DNA from: Nanobdellota archaeon
GTDB taxonomy: Archaea; Nanobdellota; Nanobdellia; PEZQ01
Assembly (NCBI GenBank): GCA_018220985.1
Contig: JAAOXS010000005.1
Location: 1-54,657, forward strand
Direction of reading: 5' to 3'
Length of the DNA stretch: 54,657 nucleotides
Position 1 is the stretch's first letter; the number at the start of each line of letters is the position of its first letter. Of this stretch, positions 31,015 through 40,161 are shown piece by piece. The notes under the pieces were generated by a model that saw only the letters and a list, made by a program, of their open reading frames with translations, was not told the origin of the DNA and did not search any database. Position numbers and translations under genes: made by a program.

Positions 31015-31524
31015 ATGAAAAAGGGAGGGTTTGCTAAAGTTAAGACTGTTAAAGTACCTGAAAAAAAAATTGTTTCAAACGAAGTTCGTACGGACGTTGA
31101 CCGTGTTGTTGACTTAGTTGGTGCAAGCCATAATAATAAATTATCTTTGAGAAAGATTAAGAATAAGTTGAATTTGCCTTTTGAAGTTGTTGAGAAGTGG
31201 GCGAAAATTCTTGATGAAAATAATGTTTTAGAATTGGTTTATCCTAAGAATCCTTTTATTGGAGCTTTTTTGAAAGTTAAAAAAGTGAAGTATGTTGAAA
31301 CAGGAAAAGAGGTTGGTAAAGTTTTGAAGAAAAAATTGGAGGGAAATAGTATTGGTAAAGAAAAAGAAGGTGAGTTTGAAAAAGGAAGTGGCGGAGATAA
31401 AAAAGAAAGCGGAGAACGAATTATTAGAAAAAGCAGAATTGAACGCGGAGAAAAACGTAGCGCAAAAAATCGTGTCGCCATTATTAAAAAAGGAAAAACT
31501 CGCAAAGTTAGAAAAACAAAATAA
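31015..31524 (+). CDS. Hypothetical protein with wHTH-like segment, overlapping the ATPase gene
   Basis: TDVDRVVDLV...LSLRKIKNKLNLPFEVVEKWAKILDE. Confidence 0.6.
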   Translation: MKKGGFAKVKTVKVPEKKIVSNEVRTDVDRVVDLVGASHNNKLSLRKIKNKLNLPFEVVEKWAKILDENNVLELVYPKNPFIGAFLKVKKVKYVETGKEVGKVLKKKLEGNSIGKEKEGEFEKGSGGDKKESGERIIRKSRIERGEKRSAKNRVAIIKKGKTRKVRKTK

Positions 31525-33010
31525 GTATTCATGGGAATGTGATGGCGTACCAGTTAGTGTAGTTATAGCAAAGCATGATAAGGAATTCGTACCAATTTAC
31601 GAGTTACGAACACCAAAAATTGGTGTTGGAACTCGCGCGCTTCTTAAAAACATTAAGGAAAACGTGATTGCCAGTTACGAGTTCGGTGACGCTGACATGC
31701 TTGACATTAGTAAGATGCGTAAGTTAAAAATTATTTTTTCAAAAAAAATTTTTGAAATAATTTCAACTGAAATTCCCACGATTAAGGATGAGAATAAAAA
31801 AATTTTATCAGGTATTCTCGTGCAAGAAATGCTCGGTCTTGGAATTATCGAGTTCTTAATTGATGATGCACAATTAGAGGAGATAGTTGTTAATAATGCT
31901 ACTGAAAACATTTGGGTTTACCATAAGTCTTTTGGTTGGTTGAAAACCAATGTTAAATTAACTGATGAGAATGAAATTTATAATTTCGCCCAAAAAATTG
32001 GTCGTGTTGTTGGTAAGGAAATAACCACTCTTAATCCTTTGATGGACGCGCATTTAGTTACTGGTGACCGTGTTAATGCTTCTTTATTTCCAATTTCCAC
32101 AAAGGGCGGGACGCTCACTATTAGAAAGTTTAGAAGACAGCCGTGGACTATTACTGATTTAATTGAGAAGGGCAGTCTTAGTTATGAGGTTGCAGCTTTT
32201 ATTTGGATTTGCATGGAGTACGAAATTTCTTTAATTGTTTCTGGTGGAACTGCAAGTGGTAAGACTTCTTTTCTCGGTTCAATTCTTCCTTTTATTCCTC
32301 CAACTCAAAGAGTTATATCAATTGAGGATACTCGTGAGATCCAATTACCCAAGTTTCTGCATTGGGTACCTTTAACAACTAGAACGCCTAACCCTGAAGG
32401 TAAGGGTGGTGTGACAATGCTGGACTTGCTTGTTAATTCTTTACGTATGCGTCCAGATAGAATTGTTGTTGGCGAGATTAGGCGTCAAAAGGAAGCGCAA
32501 GTCCTTTTTGAAGCAATGCATACAGGCCATAGTGTTTACGCTACTGTTCACGCTGATACGGCTGAGCAAACAACACGCAGGTTAACTTCGCCGCCAATTG
32601 ATTTGCCTGTTGAAGAAATTGAAACGCTTCCATTAATTATTGTTATGTATCGTCATAGGCGTAAGAAAGTAAGAAGGTTGTTTCAAGTTGCTGAGCTTGT
32701 TGGTTCCAGACAAGGTGAGGATGAAGTAAGTATTAATGAAATTTTTAAGTGGGATCCTATTGATGATATTATCAAATCTGAGAATAATAGTATTAGAATT
32801 GTTAATGAATTAAGATTGCATAGTGGCATGGATGAATCAGATTTGAAGCAGGAGATTAAGCGTCGTGTTGAAATTTTGCAATGGATTGTTTCAAATGATT
32901 TACGAACAGTTGATGAGGTTGGTAGAATTGTAAGCGAGTTCTATTATGATAAGGAGAAAGTTTACTCTCTTATAAAGAAGAAAGTTAAGCCTAGTGAATT
33001 ATTAAAATGA
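31352..33010 (+). CDS. Type IV pilus/secretion ATPase (CpaF/VirB11/FlaI family)
   Basis: GGTASGKT, SIEDTRE, LRMRPDRIVVGEIR, AMHTGH; GGAGG upstream of TTG. Confidence 0.95.
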   Translation: MVKKKKVSLKKEVAEIKKKAENELLEKAELNAEKNVAQKIVSPLLKKEKLAKLEKQNKYSWECDGVPVSVVIAKHDKEFVPIYELRTPKIGVGTRALLKNIKENVIASYEFGDADMLDISKMRKLKIIFSKKIFEIISTEIPTIKDENKKILSGILVQEMLGLGIIEFLIDDAQLEEIVVNNATENIWVYHKSFGWLKTNVKLTDENEIYNFAQKIGRVVGKEITTLNPLMDAHLVTGDRVNASLFPISTKGGTLTIRKFRRQPWTITDLIEKGSLSYEVAAFIWICMEYEISLIVSGGTASGKTSFLGSILPFIPPTQRVISIEDTREIQLPKFLHWVPLTTRTPNPEGKGGVTMLDLLVNSLRMRPDRIVVGEIRRQKEAQVLFEAMHTGHSVYATVHADTAEQTTRRLTSPPIDLPVEEIETLPLIIVMYRHRRKKVRRLFQVAELVGSRQGEDEVSINEIFKWDPIDDIIKSENNSIRIVNELRLHSGMDESDLKQEIKRRVEILQWIVSNDLRTVDEVGRIVSEFYYDKEKVYSLIKKKVKPSELLK

Positions 33011-33888
33011 AAACAGTGCCGTTATCATTAGCACCACCTCCCCTGCTTAAATTTTTAGCTCCTCAGTTTAAAGGTTTGGCGAGGATTTTATTGTCTTTTT
33101 TTCCGGGTTTGGAGCTTGAATTAAAGCAGGCGGGTATGCGTTTTTCAGCAGAGGAGTATATGAGTTATTTGTTTGTAGCTTTTATTTTTAATTTGTTCAC
33201 TTTCACGTTTTTATTTTATTTTATTTTTGTTGGTTTAATGCAGCCGCCTAACATTAATTTGTGGTTGGTTAGTAGTTTAGGAATTTTAATGTTCACGTTA
33301 TTCATGCAAGTTAATTATCCTAAGTACACTATTATGAAGCGCGCTAAAGAAATTGACAAGACTTTATTGTTCGCTTTGAGGAATTTGCAGATTCGTCTTA
33401 AGTCAGGTATTCCTTTATACAAAGCTATGAAAGGTGTTGGTAAGCAGGATTTTGGAATTGTTAGTCAGGAGTTTAAGAAAACAGTTAATGAAATTGAAGG
33501 TGGCGTGCCTCAAGTAACTGCAATTGAGAGAATGGCTTTTCGTAATCCGTCAAAATATTTTCAGAGGGTTGCTTGGCAGATAGCTAATGGTTTGAAAGCT
33601 GGCGCGTCTATTGAGAAGAGTATTGATTCCATTACCAAAAACTTGGCTAAAGATCAGTTAATAACAATTAAGAATTATGGTGCTAAATTGAATCCTCTTG
33701 CTATGATGTACATGATGGTTGCTGTTATTATTCCAACTCTTGGCGTGACTTTTCTAATCATTCTCGGCTCGTTTTTTGGTATGGGTATTGATGAAAACGT
33801 GTTTTATTTGATTGCTGGTTTTTTAGCTGTTTTCCAGTTCATGTTTATGGGCATTATTAAAACTAATCGTCCGGTGATAGAGTTATGA
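33007..33888 (+). CDS. TadC/TadB-like (T2SSF domain) pilus platform protein
   Basis: Follows the ATPase; LKSGIPLY.A...FG.VS.EF pattern and TM helices. Confidence 0.88.
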   Translation: MKTVPLSLAPPPLLKFLAPQFKGLARILLSFFPGLELELKQAGMRFSAEEYMSYLFVAFIFNLFTFTFLFYFIFVGLMQPPNINLWLVSSLGILMFTLFMQVNYPKYTIMKRAKEIDKTLLFALRNLQIRLKSGIPLYKAMKGVGKQDFGIVSQEFKKTVNEIEGGVPQVTAIERMAFRNPSKYFQRVAWQIANGLKAGASIEKSIDSITKNLAKDQLITIKNYGAKLNPLAMMYMMVAVIIPTLGVTFLIILGSFFGMGIDENVFYLIAGFLAVFQFMFMGIIKTNRPVIEL

Positions 33889-34868
33889 AAAATCGTTATA
33901 GTTTTTACGAAAAGGTAGGTAGAACTTTTCCGAGGGGCGTTAAAAAAAGTATTTGTTCTATGATGGTTTATGCTGATATTAAAGTTGATGAAGAAGCGTG
34001 GCTTGGTTTCACAACCGTTTTTACGAGTTTGCTTTTTCTCGCTGTTTCATTGCTTTCTTTTGTAATAACTCGTGATTTTTTAGTTTCTTTTTTGTCAGGT
34101 GTTGTTTTAAGTGGTTTTTTTGTTTTAGTTCCTCATTTACTTATTAGTTTAAAAAGTGATAAGAGGGTTGATTTTGTGGAGAAAGTTTTGCCCGATGCTT
34201 TGTTATTAATCGTTTCTAACATTAGGTCGGGTATTACTCCTGAGAAAGCTTTGGTTCTTAGTGCGAGGGACGAGTTTGGTATTCTTTCTGTTGAGATTAG
34301 GAGTGCGATGAAGCGCACTCTTGCTGGTGAGAATTTTGTTGAAGCTTTAAAACTTATCAGTAAGAATGTTAATTCTAAGGTTTTAAGGCGTGTTGTTAGT
34401 TTGTTAGTGGAGGGTGTGCGTTCTGGTGGTGAGATTGCTAAGTTGTTAGAGGAGTCTGCGTACAATATTCGTTCTAATCAGTTGATGAAGCGTGAGATTC
34501 GTTCAAGTGTTTTGATGTACATTATTTTTTTGTTTGCGGCTATTGGTTTTGCAGCGCCTATTCTTTATGGGATTAGTTCTTATTTAACAACTATTATGAG
34601 TGATTTGTTAGCGGGGATTGATATTCCTGAGGAAGTTTTGCGAACGAGTTTTATTAAATTGTCAAGTTCTTCGATTAGCCCTGAGTTCGTGAATTTTTTC
34701 GCTATTTTCAATTTATCTGTTAGTTGTTTGTTTGGTAGTATGATTATTGGCATGATTGAATCTGGCAGTGCTAAGAAAGGTTTGAAATTCATACTGCCAT
34801 TGTTAGTGTGCAGTCTTGGTTTGTATTTCTTACTACGAAGCGTTTTAAGCACTGCAATAGTTATATAA
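33885..34868 (+). CDS. TadC/TadB-like (T2SSF domain) pilus platform protein
   Basis: LPDALLLIVSNIRSG.TPE.AL...EFG.LS, GVRSGGE. Confidence 0.88.
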   Translation: MKNRYSFYEKVGRTFPRGVKKSICSMMVYADIKVDEEAWLGFTTVFTSLLFLAVSLLSFVITRDFLVSFLSGVVLSGFFVLVPHLLISLKSDKRVDFVEKVLPDALLLIVSNIRSGITPEKALVLSARDEFGILSVEIRSAMKRTLAGENFVEALKLISKNVNSKVLRRVVSLLVEGVRSGGEIAKLLEESAYNIRSNQLMKREIRSSVLMYIIFLFAAIGFAAPILYGISSYLTTIMSDLLAGIDIPEEVLRTSFIKLSSSSISPEFVNFFAIFNLSVSCLFGSMIIGMIESGSAKKGLKFILPLLVCSLGLYFLLRSVLSTAIVI

Positions 34869-36440
34869 TCATTTAAAGAACCTACCACCAATTTCCACCA
34901 GTCTTGTATAATCTTCTAAAGTGAGTAATCTTTCCATTTTAGGTTGTCCAACAAGTGATCCGCTAGTGTTTTGTTTTTTTTCTTTTTGAAAGTTCCAAAA
35001 AGTATTTTCAGGAACAAAATTTATTTCAAGGTTTTCTAATCTAACATTATCCCTAAATCCACGAGATTTTTTGTACAATTCATTACCCTCACAAATATTT
35101 TTATCTAGTTTTTCAGATAATTCCTGAAGATTTCCCGGAATTTCACTTGCTTCAGCTATAACAAAATATTTTTTATTATTTTCATCAGGATAATAACCAA
35201 AATTGCTAATATTACTAATTTTTTCTGATTCTATTAATTGTTCAAGAGCTATTTTAACATGTGCAGGGTATAAACGCTCAATATCAATGTTTCCTATTTT
35301 ACCATCCCATCTTCCAATAATCTCAAAACGAATAGGGTCTTTTCCAACAATTTTAATGATGTCGCCATTCAAATAATTATACAAACCTGCAACAGTAGTG
35401 CAAGCGAGACCATAGTTATCACCAATTTTCGCTTCAGTAATATGTTTAAGGTTATCTTGAAGAACATTAACATGGCTACCTTCTTTATGAACTTTTAATA
35501 ACAAGTCTTCATCTATAATTCCATAAATCAAGTTTTTCAAAAAACCAACATGTCCTTTTTTCTCACCTTGTTCACAACCAGGCATACCATTTAATTCACT
35601 GCTACCATATGCATTAGTAACAGGATATTCTCCTCCAAGATATTCAAATATTGTTGAAGCAAGAGGTCCAAAATCTTCACCACTAGAAATTACAGCTTCT
35701 AAATTATCAGTTATCAAATTCATTTTTCCTTTTTCTTGTATGAAATCAAGTAAATCCGCCATGAAAATTGGCACTCCTGCAAGCCCTGTTATCTTCTTGC
35801 CTTCAATATCTTTTAACAAAGCAGTATACCTTTTCTCATCATTTGCAATTTTTAAAGTACTTTCAGATGGTAAAAGAAGGCTTCCAATTCCTGGTTTTTT
35901 AATTGTGTGAGAAAGAGCAATTGATGAAATATAATCAATAGGCAATCCTCCTTTAAGTTCTGTTTCATTAATGGTAACTACAGTAAGTAATTTTCCAGAT
36001 AATAATTTTGGTTTCTTCATTGATAATTGAAGTTGAGTAGTTGCTAGTGTTAAATTGTTCAAATACCAATTATTAATTGGAAACATTTTTGGAACGTTTG
36101 TTGTACCTGATGTTCTAACCCAGCCAATAGGTTGTTGTGAAGAAAGAACATTAGGTGGTTCGCTCCAATTAGAGTTATTCAATCTTTTTTCAATTTCTTC
36201 AAAAAAAGGTACGTAATCCTCATAAGTTGTTAATGGGACTTTTTTAAAAAATTTATCAATTGTTTTAATATTGAAAAAATCATATTTTTTACCATAATCT
36301 GTTGAAGCATTGGCTTTCATTAGTTTTTGCAAAAATTTTTCCTGCGTTTCAAGAGGTTTGTCCCACCCATCGTTACCATATTTAAAAAGTTTTAGACATT
36401 TTAATGCACCATAAAATAAATAACTCTTAACAAAACCCAT
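34869..36440 (-). CDS. GH3-family acyl-acid amido synthetase
   Basis: TQEKFL..L...NASTDYGKKY.F, VPLTTYEDY, TSGTT..PKMFP, YGSSE, GLYNY..GDII, GR. Confidence 0.85.
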   Translation of the reverse strand: MGFVKSYLFYGALKCLKLFKYGNDGWDKPLETQEKFLQKLMKANASTDYGKKYDFFNIKTIDKFFKKVPLTTYEDYVPFFEEIEKRLNNSNWSEPPNVLSSQQPIGWVRTSGTTNVPKMFPINNWYLNNLTLATTQLQLSMKKPKLLSGKLLTVVTINETELKGGLPIDYISSIALSHTIKKPGIGSLLLPSESTLKIANDEKRYTALLKDIEGKKITGLAGVPIFMADLLDFIQEKGKMNLITDNLEAVISSGEDFGPLASTIFEYLGGEYPVTNAYGSSELNGMPGCEQGEKKGHVGFLKNLIYGIIDEDLLLKVHKEGSHVNVLQDNLKHITEAKIGDNYGLACTTVAGLYNYLNGDIIKIVGKDPIRFEIIGRWDGKIGNIDIERLYPAHVKIALEQLIESEKISNISNFGYYPDENNKKYFVIAEASEIPGNLQELSEKLDKNICEGNELYKKSRGFRDNVRLENLEINFVPENTFWNFQKEKKQNTSGSLVGQPKMERLLTLEDYTRLVEIGGRFFK

Positions 36441-36484
36441 ATATATTCTATAATATATACTTTACACAATATATATGTTTTGTA

Positions 36485-37171
36485 TTAATATACAAAAGCT
36501 AAAAACATGAATAGCAAGTTTATCAAAAATGGAATTAACGCTAAGGTTAATGGAACTTCAGGTTTTATCATAAATATAATAATAACAAAAATAAAGGAAA
36601 CAATCATTAAAATTATCGATACGTAAAGAAATTGAATTTTACGAATGTATTTCTTATCAGATAATTTTATAAAAATTTTTCTAAAATTATACATTGCTAA
36701 TAAAGTATAAGAAAAAAGAATACCTATATATGATATTTTAAATAATGGACTTAAATCCACAGCCCATCCAACACCATGTCTTTCCAACATAAGACTATTT
36801 GGTAGTATTAATAAAATAATTATTAACAAAGTTGGTATTGCCATGTAAATAAATTTTATATAATCTTTCTTATACATACCTTTCAAAGAATAAGCTGTAA
36901 AAAAAAGAAACATACTTGAACTAGTTGTAAATATATAACTAATCTTAGATAAATAAGTAGCTATTTCTAAATCTAAGATTGAAGACCTTAAACCTAAAAG
37001 AATTGCATAAACTAAAAAAGAGAGCAGAAAAAGTATGAAAAATTTTGAAGATGTATTTAGTTTTTTCTTTTTTCTTACGAAAACAAAAATAAATGTCAAT
37101 GTTAATAAAATACTCAAGGTGGGTAAAGTGAAATTAATTAATTGAATTAAATCTACAGTCATAACATTCAT
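36485..37171 (-). CDS. Stand-alone 7TM sensor-like membrane protein (HisKA_7TM-like)
   Basis: About 7 hydrophobic segments with a loop (ERHGVGWAVDLSP) and no cytoplasmic output domain. Confidence 0.55.
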   Translation of the reverse strand: MNVMTVDLIQLINFTLPTLSILLTLTFIFVFVRKKKKLNTSSKFFILFLLSFLVYAILLGLRSSILDLEIATYLSKISYIFTTSSSMFLFFTAYSLKGMYKKDYIKFIYMAIPTLLIIILLILPNSLMLERHGVGWAVDLSPLFKISYIGILFSYTLLAMYNFRKIFIKLSDKKYIRKIQFLYVSIILMIVSFIFVIIIFMIKPEVPLTLALIPFLINLLFMFLAFVY

Positions 37172-37253
37172 ATTACTTATTTTTTAATATATATCTTTTG
37201 TTATATAAAAATAAAAACTAATTTAATCATGTGTTGTTAATAATAGTTTTGTT

Positions 37254-37892
37254 ATGAATGTTGAAACAGGAATTCGTTGGTTAGATGACCTTCTTGGTGG
37301 CGGAGTTAAACAAAATTCAAGCGTTCTAGTTCGCGGAATTTACGGAACTGGAAAAACAACAATTTGTTCAAAATTTATTAACGAAGGATTAAAAAAAAAA
37401 GAGGATTGCCTGTTCATAAACACTGAAACAAAACATTCGCAACTAAAATTAAAAAACAATGCTAAATTAACAATAATCACCACAAAAAAAGACGTGAAAG
37501 AAAATAATGTGATAACTACAACTAACAAAAATTTATTAAAAAAAATAAAAAAAACAATTTACGAACACGAGAATATAACAAGAATAGTTTTTGACACTGT
37601 AAACCCCATATTAAGATTTAACAATATAAAAAGCATGACTAATAAACTTGAAGATGCGATTGCATCATTAGGAAAAGAAAATACTAAAATAATAACATTA
37701 GATACAACTAAATTAACTCGTGAAAAAAGCAATATTTGCAATGATCCATTCCAAACAGTAGTTGAACTATCTAAAGAAAAAAACAAGCACTTATGCAATA
37801 TTCTTCAATCAGAGAAAACAGAAATGGTAGGTAAAGTTGTAAACATAGATGAAGATAGTGTTACGCGCGAAGTAAGAAGTTTCTTTGAATGA
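37254..37892 (+). CDS. KaiC-like/RAD55 RecA-superfamily ATPase (divergent)
   Basis: TGIRWLDDLLGGG, GIYGTGKT, RIVFDT. Confidence 0.85.
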   Translation: MNVETGIRWLDDLLGGGVKQNSSVLVRGIYGTGKTTICSKFINEGLKKKEDCLFINTETKHSQLKLKNNAKLTIITTKKDVKENNVITTTNKNLLKKIKKTIYEHENITRIVFDTVNPILRFNNIKSMTNKLEDAIASLGKENTKIITLDTTKLTREKSNICNDPFQTVVELSKEKNKHLCNILQSEKTEMVGKVVNIDEDSVTREVRSFFE

Positions 37893-37895
37893 ATT

Positions 37896-38642
37896 TCAAA
37901 ACCATTTCTCGTCTGGAAATATTTTAATCCCTTTTTTAGTGATAGTGTAAGGGTGTATCATTTTAGTGTGGTCTGATTGTCTCATCTTAACTATTTCAAT
38001 TCCTCGTGTGAATTCAGCTCCTTTTTTTTGTTTTCGGTGAAGTGCGATAACAGTGTCAGCTAAGAATTCTATTCCCGCCACGCTAAGAGTGCTAGTGTCA
38101 CCATGCAATCCCATTTCTGAAACAATAATTGATGAGCCTGGAGAGTTACGGAGAACGCTGAACAATTTGTAAAACACGTTTTTAACTTTAAAAATGTCTT
38201 TAATATAGTATTCTATTATTGTTGCTGAATCAATAACAAGTCTTGAAAACCTTTTTTTGCGAAGTAATGGTTCAACTATTTTTAACAAAATTTGCGGATA
38301 GTTAGGATTAATTGATTCAATAATTAGTAAGTTCTTTTTCTCTAAGGATTCTATGTCTAATCCAATTGTTTTAGCGTATTTTCGAATGTCTTCAGCGTTG
38401 TTTTGAGTTGTTATATACAAGCCAGGTTCGCCGTATTTTATCGCACCTTCGTAAAGAAATTGGAGTGCGAATATTGTTTTTCCAGCTCCCGTGTTTCCTG
38501 AAAGCATTACAACACTTCCTGGAACAAATCCCCCATGAGTTACTTCATCCATTCCTGGAACGCCCGTTTTAATTCTTTCACTATTCGTTTTTTTTTCAGG
38601 TTTTGCAATTTTGTTTTCAATTTTTTCTTCAACACTGTTCAT
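37896..38642 (-). CDS. KaiC-like ATPase
   Basis: TGVPGMDE..GG, GNTGAGKT, RLVIDS, EFLADTVI, IVKMR. Confidence 0.9.
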   Translation of the reverse strand: MNSVEEKIENKIAKPEKKTNSERIKTGVPGMDEVTHGGFVPGSVVMLSGNTGAGKTIFALQFLYEGAIKYGEPGLYITTQNNAEDIRKYAKTIGLDIESLEKKNLLIIESINPNYPQILLKIVEPLLRKKRFSRLVIDSATIIEYYIKDIFKVKNVFYKLFSVLRNSPGSSIIVSEMGLHGDTSTLSVAGIEFLADTVIALHRKQKKGAEFTRGIEIVKMRQSDHTKMIHPYTITKKGIKIFPDEKWF

Positions 38643-39331
38643 TTTAGTTCAACTCCTTTTCGAGTTATCTTATACGGTACGAATTCTAATAATTTTTCTG
38701 ATTCGGTTTCAAAACCCCTAATTTTAAGGAATTTTCCATCACTTTTTTTTTCAAGTTCGATTGTTGAATCAGTGAGTGATTCAAGAAGTACGTAAATTTT
38801 TTCGTCGTGCATTCCTTGTTCTACAACAAGTAATAATACATCGTTTTTTTCTCTGAATTTGCTTATCACATCTTCTAAAAAGTTTGCTACATCATCAATA
38901 GAGTTGTGAATTATAAGATTTGAAACAGAGTCAATAACGCACCTTAAAGGCTTGTTCAAGTATGCTTTGAATATTTCTGAAAGTGCTACGCTAATATCTG
39001 ATAAATTGCTTTTACCAACTCTAATAATTCCGGATTCTTTCTTTTTTGATGTTGAAGTATATGCGTCAACTATTTTTAAGCCAGTGAATTTTTTTCGAAA
39101 AGTTAATAATTTTTTTTTAATGTTCTCCCCTAAATTGTTAGTCGTAACGTAAACTCCTATTTCATTCTCGTCAGTTGCAATGAAATGTGATGAGAACAAG
39201 CTTTTACCCATTCGAGGCGAGCCTATTAAGAGAACTGATGAGCCTCTTAAAAAGCCACCACTTAGCAATTTATTAAACGCGGGAATTCCAGTGCTAGCTC
39301 GCGTTCTTTTTTTAACAATTTTTTTTTTCAT
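38639..39331 (-). CDS. KaiC-like ATPase (degenerate Walker A)
   Basis: STGIPAFNKLLSGG, GSPRMGKS, VIDSVS. Confidence 0.85.
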   Translation of the reverse strand: MKKKIVKKRTRASTGIPAFNKLLSGGFLRGSSVLLIGSPRMGKSLFSSHFIATDENEIGVYVTTNNLGENIKKKLLTFRKKFTGLKIVDAYTSTSKKKESGIIRVGKSNLSDISVALSEIFKAYLNKPLRCVIDSVSNLIIHNSIDDVANFLEDVISKFREKNDVLLLVVEQGMHDEKIYVLLESLTDSTIELEKKSDGKFLKIRGFETESEKLLEFVPYKITRKGVELK

Positions 39332-40152
39332 ATTTTTCTAACAATGATTCCTTTATTTGTTATTTCAAAAGGGTATATTTTATTACTATGGTCTGTTCTC
39401 CGCATTTTTCTAACCATCAGTGCTCTTTTGAATTTAGCGGCGATTCCAATAAATTGAAGTGAGATTATTCCATCAACCATGAATTCTATAACTCCAAAAC
39501 GGCTTAATCCTTTACTTTCTTCAAGTATTTCAGCTGTAAAAAGAGTTACGATATCCATGTCTTTAAGGATTTTGTAAACTGAAAAAAGTTTTCTTCGCGT
39601 TTCAAAAACGTCATCAAAAAAGAGTGAGAACATGCTTGTTGAATCAATAACAACGCGTTTAGCATTTATTTCTTCAATTTTTTGTTTTACGAGATAAGGT
39701 AGTTGGCGAACGTTTCCAGGGTCTATTTCTATTATTGATAATTTTTTTTCATCCATTAGTTTATGAAAATCCCATCCGAAACTCGTAAGCATATCATCCG
39801 CAATGTCGTCAGCTCTCTGCTCTGTTGTTATGTAAACCCCGTTCTCACCATGGTCAATAATTCCTTTGTAAAGGAATTGGGCGGAAACTATTGTTTTTGA
39901 ACTGCCTGTTTTTCCAGTTACGAGAACAACAGAGTGAGGTAAGAATCCACCACCCATTAATTCATCTAATCCTGGAATTCCAGATTTAATTCTACGAGAT
40001 AATTCCACTCTACGATTTTTCACGTTTTGTTTAATTGGTTTTTTTTGTTTTTTCTCAATTTTTTTAGGTTTAACTTTTTTTGAGTTAACAAGTTTAACAA
40101 CTTCTTCAACTTCTTTTTTCTTATTCTCTTTGCTTAAAAAATTTAAACGCAT
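39328..40152 (-). CDS. KaiC-like ATPase
   Basis: SGIPGLDELMGGG, GKTGSSKT, RVVIDS, EFMVDGII, VRKMRRT. Confidence 0.9.
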   Translation of the reverse strand: MRLNFLSKENKKKEVEEVVKLVNSKKVKPKKIEKKQKKPIKQNVKNRRVELSRRIKSGIPGLDELMGGGFLPHSVVLVTGKTGSSKTIVSAQFLYKGIIDHGENGVYITTEQRADDIADDMLTSFGWDFHKLMDEKKLSIIEIDPGNVRQLPYLVKQKIEEINAKRVVIDSTSMFSLFFDDVFETRRKLFSVYKILKDMDIVTLFTAEILEESKGLSRFGVIEFMVDGIISLQFIGIAAKFKRALMVRKMRRTDHSNKIYPFEITNKGIIVRKI

Positions 40153-40161
40153 AAATTTAAT

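Noticed and set aside
31352-34868. Archaellum operon
   Set aside because: No archaellin or flaF/flaG genes; two TadC-like genes fit a type IV pilus
37254-40152. Circadian clock or RadA repair genes
   Set aside because: Single-domain KaiC-like proteins with no kaiA/kaiB and no RadA N-terminal domain
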